Shown here: positions 27,101-38,700 of the stretch, piece by piece
Numbering within the stretch: the stretch's first letter is position 1
Layout: each line of letters starts with the position of its first letter
Origin: Mobula hypostoma
Lineage: Eukaryota
DNA: 64,000 nucleotides
NCBI RefSeq assembly: GCF_963921235.1
Contig: NC_086105.1
Location: 7,378,001-7,442,000, forward strand
Reading direction: 5' to 3'
The notes under the pieces: generated by a model
What the model was told of the DNA's origin: nothing
Databases searched by the model: none
The model's input: the letters and a program-made list of their open reading frames with translations, nothing else
Position numbers and translations under genes: made by a program

Positions 27101-30100
27101 ACATTATCTTAAAACTTTGCTCTAAGCACGGTGTGGTGTCTAATGGCCACATGTGCACATGAATGACGCTAGTTAAAAACTCTGGCAAGTCTCCGATCCC
27201 AATTATGCAGCATAATGTCCCAAATAAATGAAGAGAATCAAAAGTTCAAAGTATATGTATTATTAAACTATTTCTAAATTATGTACAACTTTGAGATTTG
27301 TCTCCTAACAGGGAACCACAAAACAAAGAAACCCAATAGAGCCAATTTTAAAAAAAGACTGTCAGGCACCCTATGTGCAGAAAAAAAAAACAAATCATGC
27401 AAACCCTAAAAGTAAGCAAACAACATTCAGAACTGAGGTTCATGAAGGTGAGTCCACAGCCTCGAAGCTAGTCACAGCTGATCCAGGAGCCAGTTAATTG
27501 AGCTTAAATGAGCCAAATAGCAGGTCAGTCCTTGCTCCCAGAACTGAGCCCTGGTGCTTCAATATGCTCTGGGGCCTGAGACCTGTTGCCACAATTCGGC
27601 CTGTACCCGACCTCTCAGTTTGGCCTGGCACTTAAATCAGCCAAACCTCAGGTCATTCCCCACTCTTGGGCTTGGGCTCTGCTGCTTCAAATTACCTCAA
27701 AGTCTGCTCCAGCAGCCGAGCATTGGCTCCTTCCTGCTCTCAAGCCCAGGCCCTGTCACCATGATTCATTCCATATACGCCACTCCTCAACCGTCCTGCA
27801 CTTTCAAGACTTCAGTTCACACTGCAGAAATGCCAGGTCATACAGGTGATTCAAAAACTCCACTCCAAAAGGCAAGTTACAGGTTATTGTTTGCAGTGAT
27901 AGTTTATGAGAAAAGGTTTGAGAAATAAAGTAGTTCATAGTTGTGTTTGCTGCCAGCAAGTCGTTGCTGTGCTTCACCAGCACGATCTGAAAACCCTGCT
28001 ATTTCTCAATTAGTTTCTCTTCTTTAAGACTTGTCTCAAATAAGTGTCTGCCACGAGTAACCGATGGCCCATTTAACTAGAGTCCACTATACCCTTTTCT
28101 TAAATATGGGACCAAATCTGTTCCCTAGGGTTGTGACAGGGTTTTGTTCCTGAGAACAATTTGTAATTCAAGCAATTTGTAAGTTAGAAATGGAATCGCA
28201 GAGAAAATTCCCACAGACAGAGGGTGCCTGCAGCAACCAGAAAATTCATCTGGTGGTTGTCCTTTCCTGTATGTAAGTCAGGTGTTCATAAGGGTGTTGT
28301 TTACTTGGATTTTCAGAAGGCCTTTGACAAAGTGCCACATGTGAGAATGCTTAACAAAATAAGAACCCATGATACTGTATTACAGGAAAGATACTATCAT
28401 GGATAGAAAATTGGCTGACTGGCAGGAGGCAAAGAGTTGGAATAAAGGGGGTTTTCTTTGGATGGCTTCTTGTTCCGCAGGGGTTGGTGTTTGGACTGCT
28501 TCTTTTCACCTTATAAGCCAATTGGTGGCTTTGTGGCCGGGTTTGCGTTTGCAGACAATACAAAGATGGATGGAAAGGCAGGTAATGTTGAGGAAGCAGG
28601 GAGAATGCAAGAAGGACGTAGATTAGGAGAATAGGCAAAGAAGTGGCAGATGGAATATAGTGTTGGGAAGTAGTTAGTAATGCACTTAGGTAAAAGGAAT
28701 AAACACGTGATCTAAATTGTAAATGGGGAGAAAATTCAAACATCAAAAGTTCAAAGTAAAATTATCAGAGTACGTACATTTCACTACATATAACCCTGAG
28801 CTTTTTCCTATGGGGATACTCAGCAAATCTATGGAACAGTAACTGTAAACAGGATCAATTAAAGAGCAAGAACATAGAAGACGACATACTGTTGAAATGC
28901 AACTATAAGTAAGTAGTAAATAACGAAAGCATGAAATAACAAGATACAGAGACCTTAAAGTGAGATCAGAGGTGCAAAGGGAATTGGGAGTCCTTGTGCA
29001 GGATTCTTTAAAGGTTAACTTGCAGGTTGACTTGGTGGTAAGGAAAGCAAATGCAATGTTAGCAATTATTTGGAGAAGGCTAAAATATAAGAAGAAGGAT
29101 GTCATGCTGAGGCTTTATAAGGCATTGGTCGGACCACATTTGGTAGTTTTGTGCCCCTTATCTAAGAAAAGATGTGGTGGCATTGGTGAGGGTTCAGAGG
29201 AGGTTCATGAGAATGATTCTGAGAATGAAAGGGTTATGAGGAGTGTTTGATGGCACCGGGCCTGTACTAAGGGAAGTTTAGAAGAATGGGGGGGATCTCA
29301 TTGAGCTCGATATCAAATAATGAAAGGCCTAGATAGAGTGGATTTGAAGAGGAGGTTTCCAATAGTGAATGAGTCTAGGACCAGAGAGCATGGGTTCAGA
29401 ATAGAGGGGCGTCCATTTAGAACAGAGATGAGGTGGTGAATCTGTGGAGGCTAAGTCGTTTAGTAAACTTAAAGCAGGAGTTGATAGTTTTTTTGATTAG
29501 TCATGGTGTTAAAGGTTACAGGGAGAAGGCAGCAGAGTGGGATGTGAGAGATAATAAATCAGCTGATAGAACAGTGGAGCAAACTCGATGAGCTGAATGG
29601 CGTAATTCTCTTCCTATGTTTTATGATCTTATGGTAGAAGACCTGTATTCCATGTGTGGTCTCACCAGCATCCTGTACAATTATAACTGTACTTCTCCAT
29701 TGTAACCATAAAAACCAAATGTCTTAATCACTTACTGAATTTGTCTGCCAACTTCTCACAATTATTACATAAGGATACCGAGATCTTTGTGGATGTTGTT
29801 CATACATTATTTAAAATTGATTTATACTGTATCTGTTCTCCTTCCCATCCCAATAACTTCCTGAAAAAGGTACTGTATGTAATTTCAAATTGTTCTGCTC
29901 AATATTTCATCCCTCAACTTTGTGCAAAGTACTTTCTGTAAAATATTGTAGATTTTCTGTCATACATTACAAATAAAATCGTTTGAAATTACACTTTAGG
30001 CTGCTCAGAAATGTTAATGGCACAAGCTGTTTCTCAACATGCTGTTAGAACACCAGGTAAAGAAGCTGTTGCAATGGAGTCATTTGCTAAAGCATTGACA

Positions 30101-32182
30101 ATGGTAAGTTTCAAAACAGTATTTTATTATCTTTTCATCTTCTGACTGGTTCCCCCACCCCACCACCACACTCTGGAAATAGCTTTCAATGCTTTGATTA
30201 CCAGAGCACTTCATGTATTTAACTATATAATTAAAAGCAGACAGCTAATTTTGCATGCAACATTTGTGTAATTATGAATGTCGTGTGCTGTTTGTTTTTT
30301 TTTCAGCTTTTATAATTAATGTTCAGTCAAATTTAATTGTATATGTGAATTACAGTTTTCATGGGGATTGCTCTTTTACTGAAACTATTAATGCAGATTC
30401 TTAGTTGCAGTCATCCAGTTGGAAATAATTGTAGCTTTCTGCAACTAACATGCTCACAATTCATTCCAGAATCTGTTTTATGGATAATATTAAATTATGT
30501 CAGTAATGTGTTTTTATTTATGACAGAAGTGGAGTTATTCCATATATCCATTCCTTATATCCACACTTATTTAATAATTTCCCCTAACCTTTCAAATTTG
30601 CTGCTATATAACACGAGCAAAGGCTTCTTAAGAGGTAACCCAATTCTGCACTATTATACAGGTCCTTCCTGGCTTATCACACTCAATTTATGTACCGTCT
30701 GCACATACAGTTAGCATTTGGAGATCAGCAGGATGGATTTGCCAGCTGCATTTCTGACTTCCTTTGGGTTAGGAACAGTTCACTGGACAGAAACCCTGCT
30801 GTAACTTGGATGCAACTTGTACACACAAATTTGAAACATAAACTTGGTTGAAACTCAGGATTAGAGCATTCAAATGTAAATATTTTTGCCCTTTTATATT
30901 TTAATTTCCACCCCTAAATGGAAATTCGAAACAAAATGGTCAACAATTCAGCAATAACTAAACCGATTGTAGAATCAGACTTATTTTTTTGTTCTTTCCA
31001 CCATCTATTACTATACCATGTATTAAAATATTATCACCCGTTCAATGAATTGTACTGCTTGTTTTTATTATTCAGTGTTGAGTTCAGTTGTTTATTTCGC
31101 TTTTACATGTTACATATTTTCATTGAGCCAGGTAAGTTTCAAGGGAGCAGAAAATTTGAAACACTGTGACCCCAGCTTTGGCTTCAAACCTGTTCATGGT
31201 CCTGACCCCAGTGTTCCATCTATTTGAAACTAATGAGTGAGCTAGGTGTTGGACCATCAGATTTCTGAACAACTATATGCTGGATGATGAGATTTATGGC
31301 AATCGTGGAACGTGCAGCTCGACAGTACTTGAGAAAGCACATGTGTCTGTCTATAATACTGGTTGATTATTATTCTCTTTCTCCCATGCACCAAACTGTT
31401 GTTAAATTATGTGAATAATTGATCTTTTCAGTCTCTATATTTGCACCTGTTTCTTTTTAAAAGTACAGGTAAATCTTTTTTGCTATATTTATACGTCTCA
31501 TGTTTTTTTTTATTCCAGTTACCTACTATCATAGCTGATAATGCTGGGTACGATAGTGCTGATTTAGTGGCTCAATTACGAGCTGCTCATGCAGAAGGAA
31601 AAACAACTTACGGATTAGGTGAGTAAGCCAACAGTGAATTTTGAGTTTGGTTGCAGCAATGTTCTTGAAATGATGAGGTATTATTTAAAGTGATTATCTA
31701 AAATCTGCAAATTTGATTATTAGATATGACCAACAATACCATTGGAGACATGGCAGCACTGGGCATTACAGAGAGCTTTCAGGTGAAGAGGCAGGTCTTA
31801 CTGAGTGCATCAGAGGCCGCTGAAATGATCCTTCGAGTAGATAATATTATTAAGGCAGCACCAAGGTAAAGCTTTGTCTATATTAATATTGATCAATGAT
31901 TATTAAGTGTATAAAAGCAACTTAGTGTCTATATGCTGCCACTCAAATCCCAGTGTGCCTTAATTTATTGGTGTGTATTCATTAAAAATATTAATAATAG
32001 GAACGTGTTTATGTTAGTTATGTTTTATTCAGTTTCCTCTCTTGTTTGCAGCATTTTCTGTCTGTATGGAATTGCATATAGTGAAATTGAATTGCATCTG
32101 CACCAACTATCTCTGATAATTTTTAGAAGTAATGTTTTTTTTCTGTTTCAGGAAACGTGTACCAGATCATCATCCTTGTTAA
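192..32182 (+). CDS. CCT2: T-complex protein 1 subunit beta (TRiC/CCT chaperonin), 16 coding exons, 535 aa
   Basis: join(192..194,7721..7795,13456..13521,13732..13843,15392..15468,16744..16856,20133..20335,21892..21992,22103..22230,22339..22442,23066..23185,23350..23478,30000..30103,31519..31618,31724..31865,32152..32182) = 1608 nt. All introns are GT-AG and phases are consistent. The protein reads [26 protein letters not shown]...GDGTTSV...KRVPDHHPC*. Confidence 0.98.
1722..2043 (-). mobile_element. CR1-type LINE 3' end fragment
   Basis: ORF2 C-terminus RVVSAWNGL...FKRLQDRYM, and a (ttctatg)n-type tail on the minus strand. Confidence 0.8.
2060..3990 (-). mobile_element. Decayed Rex1/Babar-like LINE
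   Basis: RT remnants [37 protein letters not shown], with multiple stops and frameshifts. Confidence 0.8.
2668..2746. mobile_element. hAT-like MITE nested in the LINE (related decayed copy at ~1392-1456)
   Basis: Terminal inverted repeats CTGGGGTTCCCA...TGGGAGCCCCTG, 79 bp, interrupting the LINE reading frame. Confidence 0.6.
4260..5072 (-). mobile_element. Rex1/Babar-like LINE 3' part
   Basis: ORF 4404-4967: [34 protein letters not shown]; (caatt)n tail. Confidence 0.85.
5110..5985 (+). mobile_element. Highly decayed CR1 LINE fragment
   Basis: DNA similarity to the RT/C-terminal part of the CR1 at 43637-45920. Confidence 0.7.
6775..6938 (+). mobile_element. Penelope-type terminal repeat fragment with mutated hammerhead motif
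   Basis: CAGTC CTGATGA A GGG TCTCA CCC AAAAC GGC GACTG at 6835-6871; homologous to the copies at 13051, 36575 and 53573. Confidence 0.7.
7721..7795 (+). CDS. CCT2: CCT2 exon 2
   Basis: ccag|[25 protein letters not shown]|gtaagt. Confidence 0.97.
7915..12675 (-). mobile_element. Old CR1 LINE (minus strand) split by a younger CR1
   Basis: 7915-9022 and 11576-12675 are collinear reverse-complement CR1 ORF2 sequence, e.g. [19 protein letters not shown]. Confidence 0.75.
9025..11573 (+). mobile_element. Young 5'-truncated CR1 LINE (APE-RT ORF2, frameshifted)
   Basis: VMGDFN and GGSDHN (endonuclease), [49 protein letters not shown]; 3' tail ctattgtctatt. Confidence 0.95.
12884..13144. mobile_element. 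Fold-back Penelope-type terminal-repeat insertion
   Basis: Inverted arms at ~12925-13030 and 13039-13144 with an 8-nt spacer. Flanking duplication TGGTCT(A/G)GTAAGAAC at 12869-12883 and 13145-13159. Confidence 0.85.
13456..13521 (+). CDS. CCT2: CCT2 exon 3
   Basis: tcag|[22 protein letters not shown]|gtaagt. Confidence 0.97.
13732..13843 (+). CDS. CCT2: CCT2 exon 4
   Basis: ctag|[37 protein letters not shown]|gtgagt. Confidence 0.97.
13965..15030 (-). mobile_element. Decayed Rex1/Babar-like LINE
   Basis: Collinear DNA similarity with 23645-24925. Confidence 0.75.
14466..14597 (-). mobile_element. Short Penelope-type terminal-repeat insertion within the LINE
   Basis: 14-bp TSD TAATGAAGTATAGC at 14452-14465 and 14598-14611; decayed hammerhead motif at 14530-14567. 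Confidence 0.8.
15392..15468 (+). CDS. CCT2: CCT2 exon 5
   Basis: atag|(E)[25 protein letters not shown]|gtaagt; contains the GDGTT ATP-binding motif. Confidence 0.96.
15757..16070 (+). mobile_element. tRNA-derived SINE (V-SINE/HE1-like)
   Basis: A box GGTAGTGTAGCGG, B box GGTTCAATTCC, central GTGCTCCAGCTTCCTCCCACATTCCAAAGA, AATAAA tail. Relatives at ~33512-33832, 47760-48022, 57955-58682, 59118-59400 (+) and ~950-1100, 62150-62580, 62850-63120 (-). Confidence 0.8.
16744..16856 (+). CDS. CCT2: CCT2 exon 6
   Basis: tcag|[37 protein letters not shown](G)|gtaagt. Confidence 0.97.
18462..19165 (-). mobile_element. CR1 LINE 3' fragment
   Basis: [28 protein letters not shown]. Confidence 0.8.
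20133..20335 (+). CDS. CCT2: CCT2 exon 7
   Basis: tcag|[23 protein letters not shown]...[11 protein letters not shown]|gtaaaa. Confidence 0.97.
20405..21170 (-). mobile_element. Non-coding non-autonomous retroposon-like repeat
   Basis: Homologous to 52640-53482 (shared TATACx..CTGAAAT..TTCGCA.ACATCCA and CACAGGCTCTCTCTCTC blocks); (tttgaa)-type tail; no ORF. Confidence 0.6.
21892..21992 (+). CDS. CCT2: CCT2 exon 8
   Basis: gcag|[34 protein letters not shown]|gtacgt. Confidence 0.97.
22103..22230 (+). CDS. CCT2: CCT2 exon 9
   Basis: acag|[42 protein letters not shown](R)|gtagtt. Confidence 0.97.
22339..22442 (+). CDS. CCT2: CCT2 exon 10
   Basis: gcag|[34 protein letters not shown]|gtaagt. 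Confidence 0.97.
23066..23185 (+). CDS. CCT2: CCT2 exon 11
   Basis: tcag|[40 protein letters not shown]|gtaagt. Confidence 0.97.
23350..23478 (+). CDS. CCT2: CCT2 exon 12
   Basis: gtag|[43 protein letters not shown]|gtaaat. Confidence 0.97.
23645..24925 (-). mobile_element. Rex1/Babar-like LINE, 5'-truncated
   Basis: [48 protein letters not shown]. Confidence 0.9.
24926..25941 (-). mobile_element. Tc1-family DNA transposon remnant
   Basis: Transposase fragments [37 protein letters not shown]; TIR-like TACAGTTGCACAAAAAAGT (minus strand) at 25923-25941. Confidence 0.85.
26538..28090. mobile_element. Tigger/pogo-like non-autonomous DNA transposon, interrupted by a retroposon at ~27240-27990
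   Basis: Imperfect TIRs TATAATGAATTCTGGTTAATTGAG and CCCATTTAACTAGAGTCCACTATA, with TA ends. Confidence 0.55.
28290..29632 (+). mobile_element. Decayed CR1 LINE
   Basis: [34 protein letters not shown]. Confidence 0.8.
30000..30103 (+). CDS. CCT2: CCT2 exon 13
   Basis: ttag|[35 protein letters not shown]|gtaagt. Confidence 0.97.
31519..31618 (+). CDS. CCT2: CCT2 exon 14
   Basis: ccag|[33 protein letters not shown]|gtgagt. Confidence 0.97.
31724..31865 (+). CDS. CCT2: CCT2 exon 15
   Basis: ttag|[47 protein letters not shown](R)|gtaaag. Confidence 0.97.
32152..32182 (+). CDS. CCT2: CCT2 exon 16 coding part
   Basis: tcag|g [12 protein letters not shown]. Confidence 0.97.
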
Positions 32183-32392
32183 ACCATGAACACCAGCAAC
32201 AAAAATATTTGGAGTTTTTGCCAAGAGTGAACTTGAGGCGTGATGTTTTAAGCTAAAGCAGAAGTTCTGTGTTGATAAAATTGTAGTTCACTGAAGTGTT
32301 GGGCCTCAGTTTTACTGGTTTTTCCCTTAATGTGGAATGTTTGTGGCTGAGGTTTTCAAATATGGTCAGAGGCTGTATTCATGGCATGTTGT

Positions 32393-32550
32393 ATTAAAAT
32401 TTTGTCATCGCAAGTTCTTAATTTTTTGTTTCAATTTATTTTCCCAATGAATGAAGTATAGATCATCAGAATCTTCAGAAAGAAATCTTAAGATTTACAT
32501 AGATACTTAAACCAAGAATTCAAATAGAAAATATAAATACTAAAATTAAA
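32393..32550 (+). terminator. Candidate CCT2 polyadenylation signals
   Basis: ATTAAA at 32393-32398 and at 32545-32550, each followed by T/GT-rich sequence. The sequence alone cannot show which is used. Confidence 0.4.
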
Positions 32551-33297
32551 GTTAAAGGAATTTTTGTCAAATTTGTATAGTCTTTATTTGTATTGTCCCT
32601 TGTAGTCCTAGACAGCTTTTTGGATAATGGCTACTAGAACAATGAAAATGTTTGCTAACATAATATGACAAACGAGAGATCATTGCAACGGTTTGGGAAA
32701 TTGTCAGTTTTTTATACTTAAAATCAGAACTCAGTAGTGAATTTTGTGCAGCTAAATATCAATCAACTCTGTAACTAGAAAGCATAAATTTGGGTGTGAT
32801 TGCAGAGGGAATAATAAAACCAAGATGTCTGAGGAAAAGGCAACAGGTTAATTTGAAATGGGCTAATATTTTTTCAAGAATTTTGAGAAAATGACCAGTA
32901 CAGTTTAGTTGTCTGGTGCAAATTGTCCAGGGTGTCCATTGTCCATTCCTTAACTTTTAAACTCCATAAAAAATTTTTAGGTTGACTAGGGCTTTTGCTT
33001 TTGGGTGTATGTTAAGATGGTATGATTGTGGGAAGCTGTGTCTGAAAGTTAAATAGTAATAGTAGCATAAATACTAGAGTGTGGATTTATAAATGGGTTT
33101 ACATTTGAATGAGACTACAGCTATTGTAAGAATTCATTCAGGTGGATTCCTAGAGTAACTCAATATCAAAGTTCTCTGATACTGTGAATAATATTTCAAA
33201 AAAAAGGATCTGAGAAAAAATTAATTGTTCTGGTGTTTTAGTATTATGGAAATTCTATTAGATTGATGTTTCAGGGTATTCACCAGTCTTCACAAGT

Positions 33298-34455
33298 CCA
33301 TAAGACATATGAGCAGAATTAGGACATTTGGCCCATCGAGTCTGCTCTGCCATTTGATCAGAACTGATTTATTATTCCCTCTAAATCCCATTCTCCTGCC
33401 TTCTCTCCATAACCTTTGACACCTACTAATCAAAATCTTATCAATTCCACAAATCCACCACCTTCTGACGAAAGGAATCCCTCTTCATCTCTGTTCTGGG
33501 CTATCCTGTCCAGGGCAGCACAAGTAGCATAGCTGTTAGCATTCTGCTTCACAGCGCTAGTGATATTGGGGTTCAATTCTCACCACTCTGTATTAGGAGT
33601 TTGTATGTTCTCCCTGTGCCTGGGTGGGTTTCAAACAGTTGCTCTCATTTTCCCTCACGTTCCAAAGATGTGAGGGATAGGGTTAGTAAGCTATGGCCTG
33701 CTATGTTGGTGCAGAAGGCTGGTGACACTTGCAGGTTACCCCCAGCACATCATCAGACAGTGTCAGACATTGACACAAACAACACATTTCACTATATGTT
33801 TTGATGTACGTTTGACAAATAAAGCTAATCTTTAAAGAGATGTCCTTTTATTCTGAGACTGTGTCCTCTGGTCCTAGACTCTCACGCTGCTGGAAATGCC
33901 CTCTTCAAGTCCACTCTAGGCCTATCAACAAGATTTCCAACCCCATCCTTCTAATCATCAATGAGTGTGTGTCCACAGCCATGAAAAGTTCTTCATAAAC
34001 CTTCCTTTCATCCCTGGGATCATTCTCACAAACCTCTGGATACTGTCCAATGCCAGCTCATCCATCCTTAATGGGGCTCAAAACTACTCTCAATTCTCCA
34101 AACAAGTTCTGACCAATGCCTTATAATACTTAAGTATTATATCTTTACTTTTATATCTTAATCCTCTTGAATGCTAACATTGCATTTACCTTAGCCAGCC
34201 TGAATTTTGTCCAGTTTAGAAAACAGCCTACTCCTTTATTCCTGTATAAGTGCATGCCCATACACTTTCTTACGCTGTATTCCATCTGCTATGTCTGCCT
34301 GTTTTCTCAGTTTGTCTTAAGTCCTCTCGCAGACTTCCTACTCCTCGACTTATTGTATCATTTGCAAATTTGGCCACAGAGCCATCAATTCTGTCATCCA
34401 AATCATTAATATATAATGTGAAAATGATAGACCAACACCAACCCCCAGGAAATAG
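33298..34455 (-). mobile_element. Decayed CR1 LINE with nested SINE (33512-33832)
   Basis: DNA similarity to 49707-50522 and 18462-19165. Confidence 0.7.
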
Positions 34456-34489
34456 CTTGTAAACCAGTGCATTTGGACCACTGAAAGCC

Positions 34490-34978
34490 TCTCAGTGCCA
34501 ACTTTATTAGTCATGTCTGTAGATCTCATTAATGCAAATATCTAATCAGCCAATCATGTGGCAGCAACTGCATAAAAGCATGCAGACATGGCCAAGAGTT
34601 TCAGTTGTTCACATCAAACATCAGAATAGAGAAGAAATGTGATCTAAGTAACTTTGAATGTGGAAGGATTGTTGGTGCCAGATGGGCTGTTGAGTATCTG
34701 AGAAACTGCTGATCACCTGGGGTTTTTCTAGAGTTTACAGAGAATATAACAAAAGCAGCACTTCTCTGGATGAAAACGCCCTGTTAATGAGAGGGGTCTG
34801 AGGAGAATGGCCAGACTGGTTAAGCAGACAGGAAGGTGAATAATTAACCACGTGTTACAACAGTAGTGTGCAGAAGAGCATCTCTGAATGCACAATACAT
34901 CAAACCTTGCAGTGGGTGGACTACATAAGTGGTCGCTATCAGGTACAGGAGGTACCTAATAAAGTGGCCACTTAGTTT
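34490..34978 (+). mobile_element. Internally deleted Tc1/mariner element
   Basis: TIRs CTCAGTGCCAACTTTATTAG and CCTAATAAAGTGGCCACTTAG; N-terminal transposase relic KKCDLSNFECGRIVGARW. Confidence 0.75.
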
Positions 34979-36367
34979 ATCTCAAATGCTTGTGCTTTTG
35001 AGCCTGCTGTGTTGTTTCAGCTTGCTTGTTTTGCAAATGCTTCCCTTAACTGATTTGCTTATCATCCAAGTTCTTCCAGTTAAGTGAAAATATTTGACCT
35101 AAGTGAAGTGATATCTTCAGCAATTTACTATTTGATGGATTGAACACTTCAGAATTCTGTTTGTTGGTTTGCTCTTTACATCCAGTACAGAGGTGAAATT
35201 CAAATATAAAACAGAATCCAAGGACTGCCAACGTATAAACTTTTTTTCCTCTGATTTGCTTTTTTTAAAATAATTGCTTCAAAGTAATTCAAAACCAAAT
35301 TACAAACATTAAAAAATATTGTTTTAACTTGTCCTAACATGTATATCTATTTGTAGTGGTCCTGTTAGTCCCAACTTTCTGCAGTGCTATTATCAGTTAA
35401 ATTGTTTGTATTGAATGGTAACCTGGGATTTGTGTTGATTAACTCCCTGGAATTGGAGATAATTTATCCAGTCAGAACCTGAAAGAAAGCCTAGGCTAAC
35501 AAGTTCAACATGCAATTGAATGGAAACTGTGCAGCAACTTTTGCAGTTTAAGGAAGTACAAATAAACGATTATGATTGCGGTTAGAGGTGAAATCATTTT
35601 CTATGTTGGCAATGTCGTATTATAAATTTTCTCATGCTATAACTGATCTGCAACAATTCGTGGGCTTAATTCAAAGCTATTTATCCTGCAGCCTGCCAAG
35701 AATTTTGGTTAAGAGCGAAGTACTTTAATGGCTTATTGTAATCAAGTACAATAGGAATTTGTGTTCCTATCTACACGGTAGAACACGAGTAATTTTCCTC
35801 TGCAATTCTGCCATCTAACGTTTTTGCAAAAATGGGGTAACATAAAAATTTTGGCTTGCTTGAACTTGTCAGTTCATATGAATTACAGTTTTAGTTATTA
35901 ATGTAAAAGGATTTCTGTTTGAATTTCCAAAAACTTTGGGGGGAAAATAGAAACAATTATAAGAACAAAATGTTATATGCCCAGTGTGAAGGGCTAGTTT
36001 TGCATTCTTGTCAGGTTTGTATGATAATGAGCATAGTTTCTAAATAAGGAAATGTGAGTAATGTTGCTGGCATTCCTAAAAACTAAACATGGCAACCCAG
36101 ATCTAGGTGACCTTGTTTTTATCTTCATTTAAACTTGTTTTTGGATGGCTGCAAGGTTTATCTGCCATATATTCCCTTTATTATATCTTAGCTCTATTGG
36201 GATTAGTGATGTAATTTGAGTTTGATGTTTACACTTCAAATGAGTTTGATTCCAATGCATCATGACAACGGATTCATCAAAAAGATGCTGTTGAAGAAAT
36301 AGATGAAAAGTGATCGATTGCCTAACATCAATATGAAGAATTACACAATGTATGCGAACAAATATAG

Positions 36368-36705
36368 ACCCCTCCCCCAGCTGCCTATCACCTCCCTCAT
36401 GGTTCCGCCTCCTACTAGCCGTTGTGTTTTCCCCTATTCCTTCTTCATCTTTCCTGCTTCCTCTTCCCCACCCCTTTATCTTTCCCCTTACTGGTTTTTC
36501 ACCTGGAACCTACCAGCCTTCTCCTTCCAACCCTCCCTCCACCTTCTTTATAGGGCTTCTGCCCCCTCCTTCTTCAGTCCTGACGAAGGGTTCTGGCCCG
36601 AAACGTTGACTCATCGTTTCCACGGATGCTGCCCGACCTGCTGAGTTCCTCCAGCGTGTTGTGAGTGTTGCTTTGACCCCAGCATCTGCAGAGTATTTTG
36701 TGTTT
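36368..36705 (+). mobile_element. Penelope-type 3' UTR/terminal repeat
   Basis: Pyrimidine-rich tract, then the hammerhead motif and the GATGCTGCC...CCAGCATCTGCAGA end shared with the other copies. Confidence 0.8.
36575..36612 (+). ncRNA. Minimal type I hammerhead ribozyme motif (best-preserved core)
   Basis: (C)AGUC CUGACGA A GGG UUCUGG CCC GAAAC GUU GACU: full core, stem I of 4 bp, stem II, no stem III loop. Confidence 0.65.
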
Positions 36706-37954
36706 AAATATAGTACATGCATGGCCAGGCCCATGAAGTTTCAAAAGGTGAGATGATGGTATCCTTAATATTTTCGCCACCCAACAGTATCCTACTTTAT
36801 TGAAACCGTGAGGATTTAGCAGCCTTGAAGGACAAGGTTAATGAAAATTGTAAGGTCCTTTTAACATTAAGCCGCACATTATATGTAAAGAAAAATGGAA
36901 ATGCTATTATTAGGTAACTAACTGCATTTTTGTGGTCATATGATGACCAAATGGAAGTTGGGGGCAATTTACGAATCCTTAAGTGTTTGGGAATGCTTCT
37001 GCAAAGTAATTGACGCCCCTCCCCCTCCCCGAGGTCTTTCTCTTGTTGGTTGAGCAGAGAGAGGATGTTAGTTTTATGGGTGACTTAGATGAGTCGCTGA
37101 AGAGCATTTGAAAAACACCCCGTGTAGTTATTGGCCGTTTCAGTCAATAAAAGCAGCTTTATGTTGTAACCCGTTAACGATGGTCACATATGCTGCAGTG
37201 ATGTCTGACCTGTAAACCTTAGTTATGTGTCCACTTGCCTCCAATCCAATTGAGGTTTTCGAGGGCGTTACAAGCACTGTTCGTTTAAGAAGGATGTCCT
37301 GTTTCAAATATTTTTTGTTAAATTAATGAAGTCTCGATTCATACAACGAAGGGATGTTAAAAGAAAATGGATCATCAGTGGTCCTGGTGGGAGTTGGGGT
37401 TTGTGGCTGTTTATGTGATGTAAACCGCCATATTGATTGCAATGAACAACAGCAGGTCAACACAATTTGCTAATGGTTATCAGGTAAGCATTATTTTTAA
37501 CAAACTATTTTGATTGCAAAAATCATTCAACTGAATCAAACATGCAGATTACCCACCGTGTTTAAGGTTATGAATCATTACCTTAAGAAGTAGAAGCATG
37601 TTTCTAAGTACATTGATAGGGATCATAAAATAAATTTTATTCTGTTTTAGCCAGTGCACACTGAAAATATTTTGCAGTAATAATATTATCTGAAAAATAA
37701 TCAAGGCCAGATGAGCTAAAATTAGATCTGCTCTGCAGCTCAAATCTTTGGTGCTGATGTTGCGAAAAACTTTTAAACATATCACTGCCAGAAGGATATG
37801 TTTAATTACTTCTTTCTGTACTGTAGATAACTTTGCAATTCATTTGGCTTCAGATATGGGAAGGATTTGGTTCACACACGACTGAATACGTGTAGTGTTT
37901 GGCCTATACGGACACTTAAAAACTAATTCAGTTTAGGCATGAATTTGTACTGAT

Positions 37955-38700
37955 CAGCAAACTCGCACCACCAGGTTCAACAACAGTTACTACTCCACAA
38001 CTATCAAGTTCTTAAACAAATGTCGAAAGAAGCTACAGAAAATTGTAAAATTAGTCAGCTTCATCTTGAGTATTGGCCTCCGTAGAAGCCAAAATATCTT
38101 CAAGGAGCGATGTCTCAGAAAGGCTTCCTCCATTATTAATGACCCTCATCACCCAGGACATGCTCTCTTCTCGTTGCTACCATCAGGAAGGAGGTACAGA
38201 AACCTGAAGGCACACACAGCGATTTAGGAACAGCTTCTTCCCCTCTGCCATCCGATTCCTAAACGGACATTGAAGCAGTGAACATGGCCTCACTTTTTTA
38301 TTATTTCTGTTTTTTGTACTATTTTTAATTTAACTAATATACATACATATATAATGTAATTGATTTATTTTTTCTGTATTATGTGTTGCATTGTGTGCTG
38401 CCGCTGTTAACAAATTTCACGGCATATGCCGGTGATATTAAACTTGATTCTGATTTATTTGCCTATTCATTGATCTCACTTTAAGGACTCATTATTTTGT
38501 TATCTCATGTTGTCGTTATTTATTTATATTGGCATTTACACAGTTTGTTGTCTTCTGCACTCTGGTTGATCTTTCATGTATCCTGTTACAGTTGCTATTC
38601 TATGGATTTGCGCAGTATGTCCGCAGCAACGTGAATCTCAGGATTGTATAAGGTGACATGTATGTACTTTGATAATAAAATTTACTTTTAAATTATTTTT
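37955..38700 (+). mobile_element. Rex1/Babar-like LINE 3' fragments
   Basis: [17 protein letters not shown] frame at ~38150-38200 and 3' UTR tails. Confidence 0.7.
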
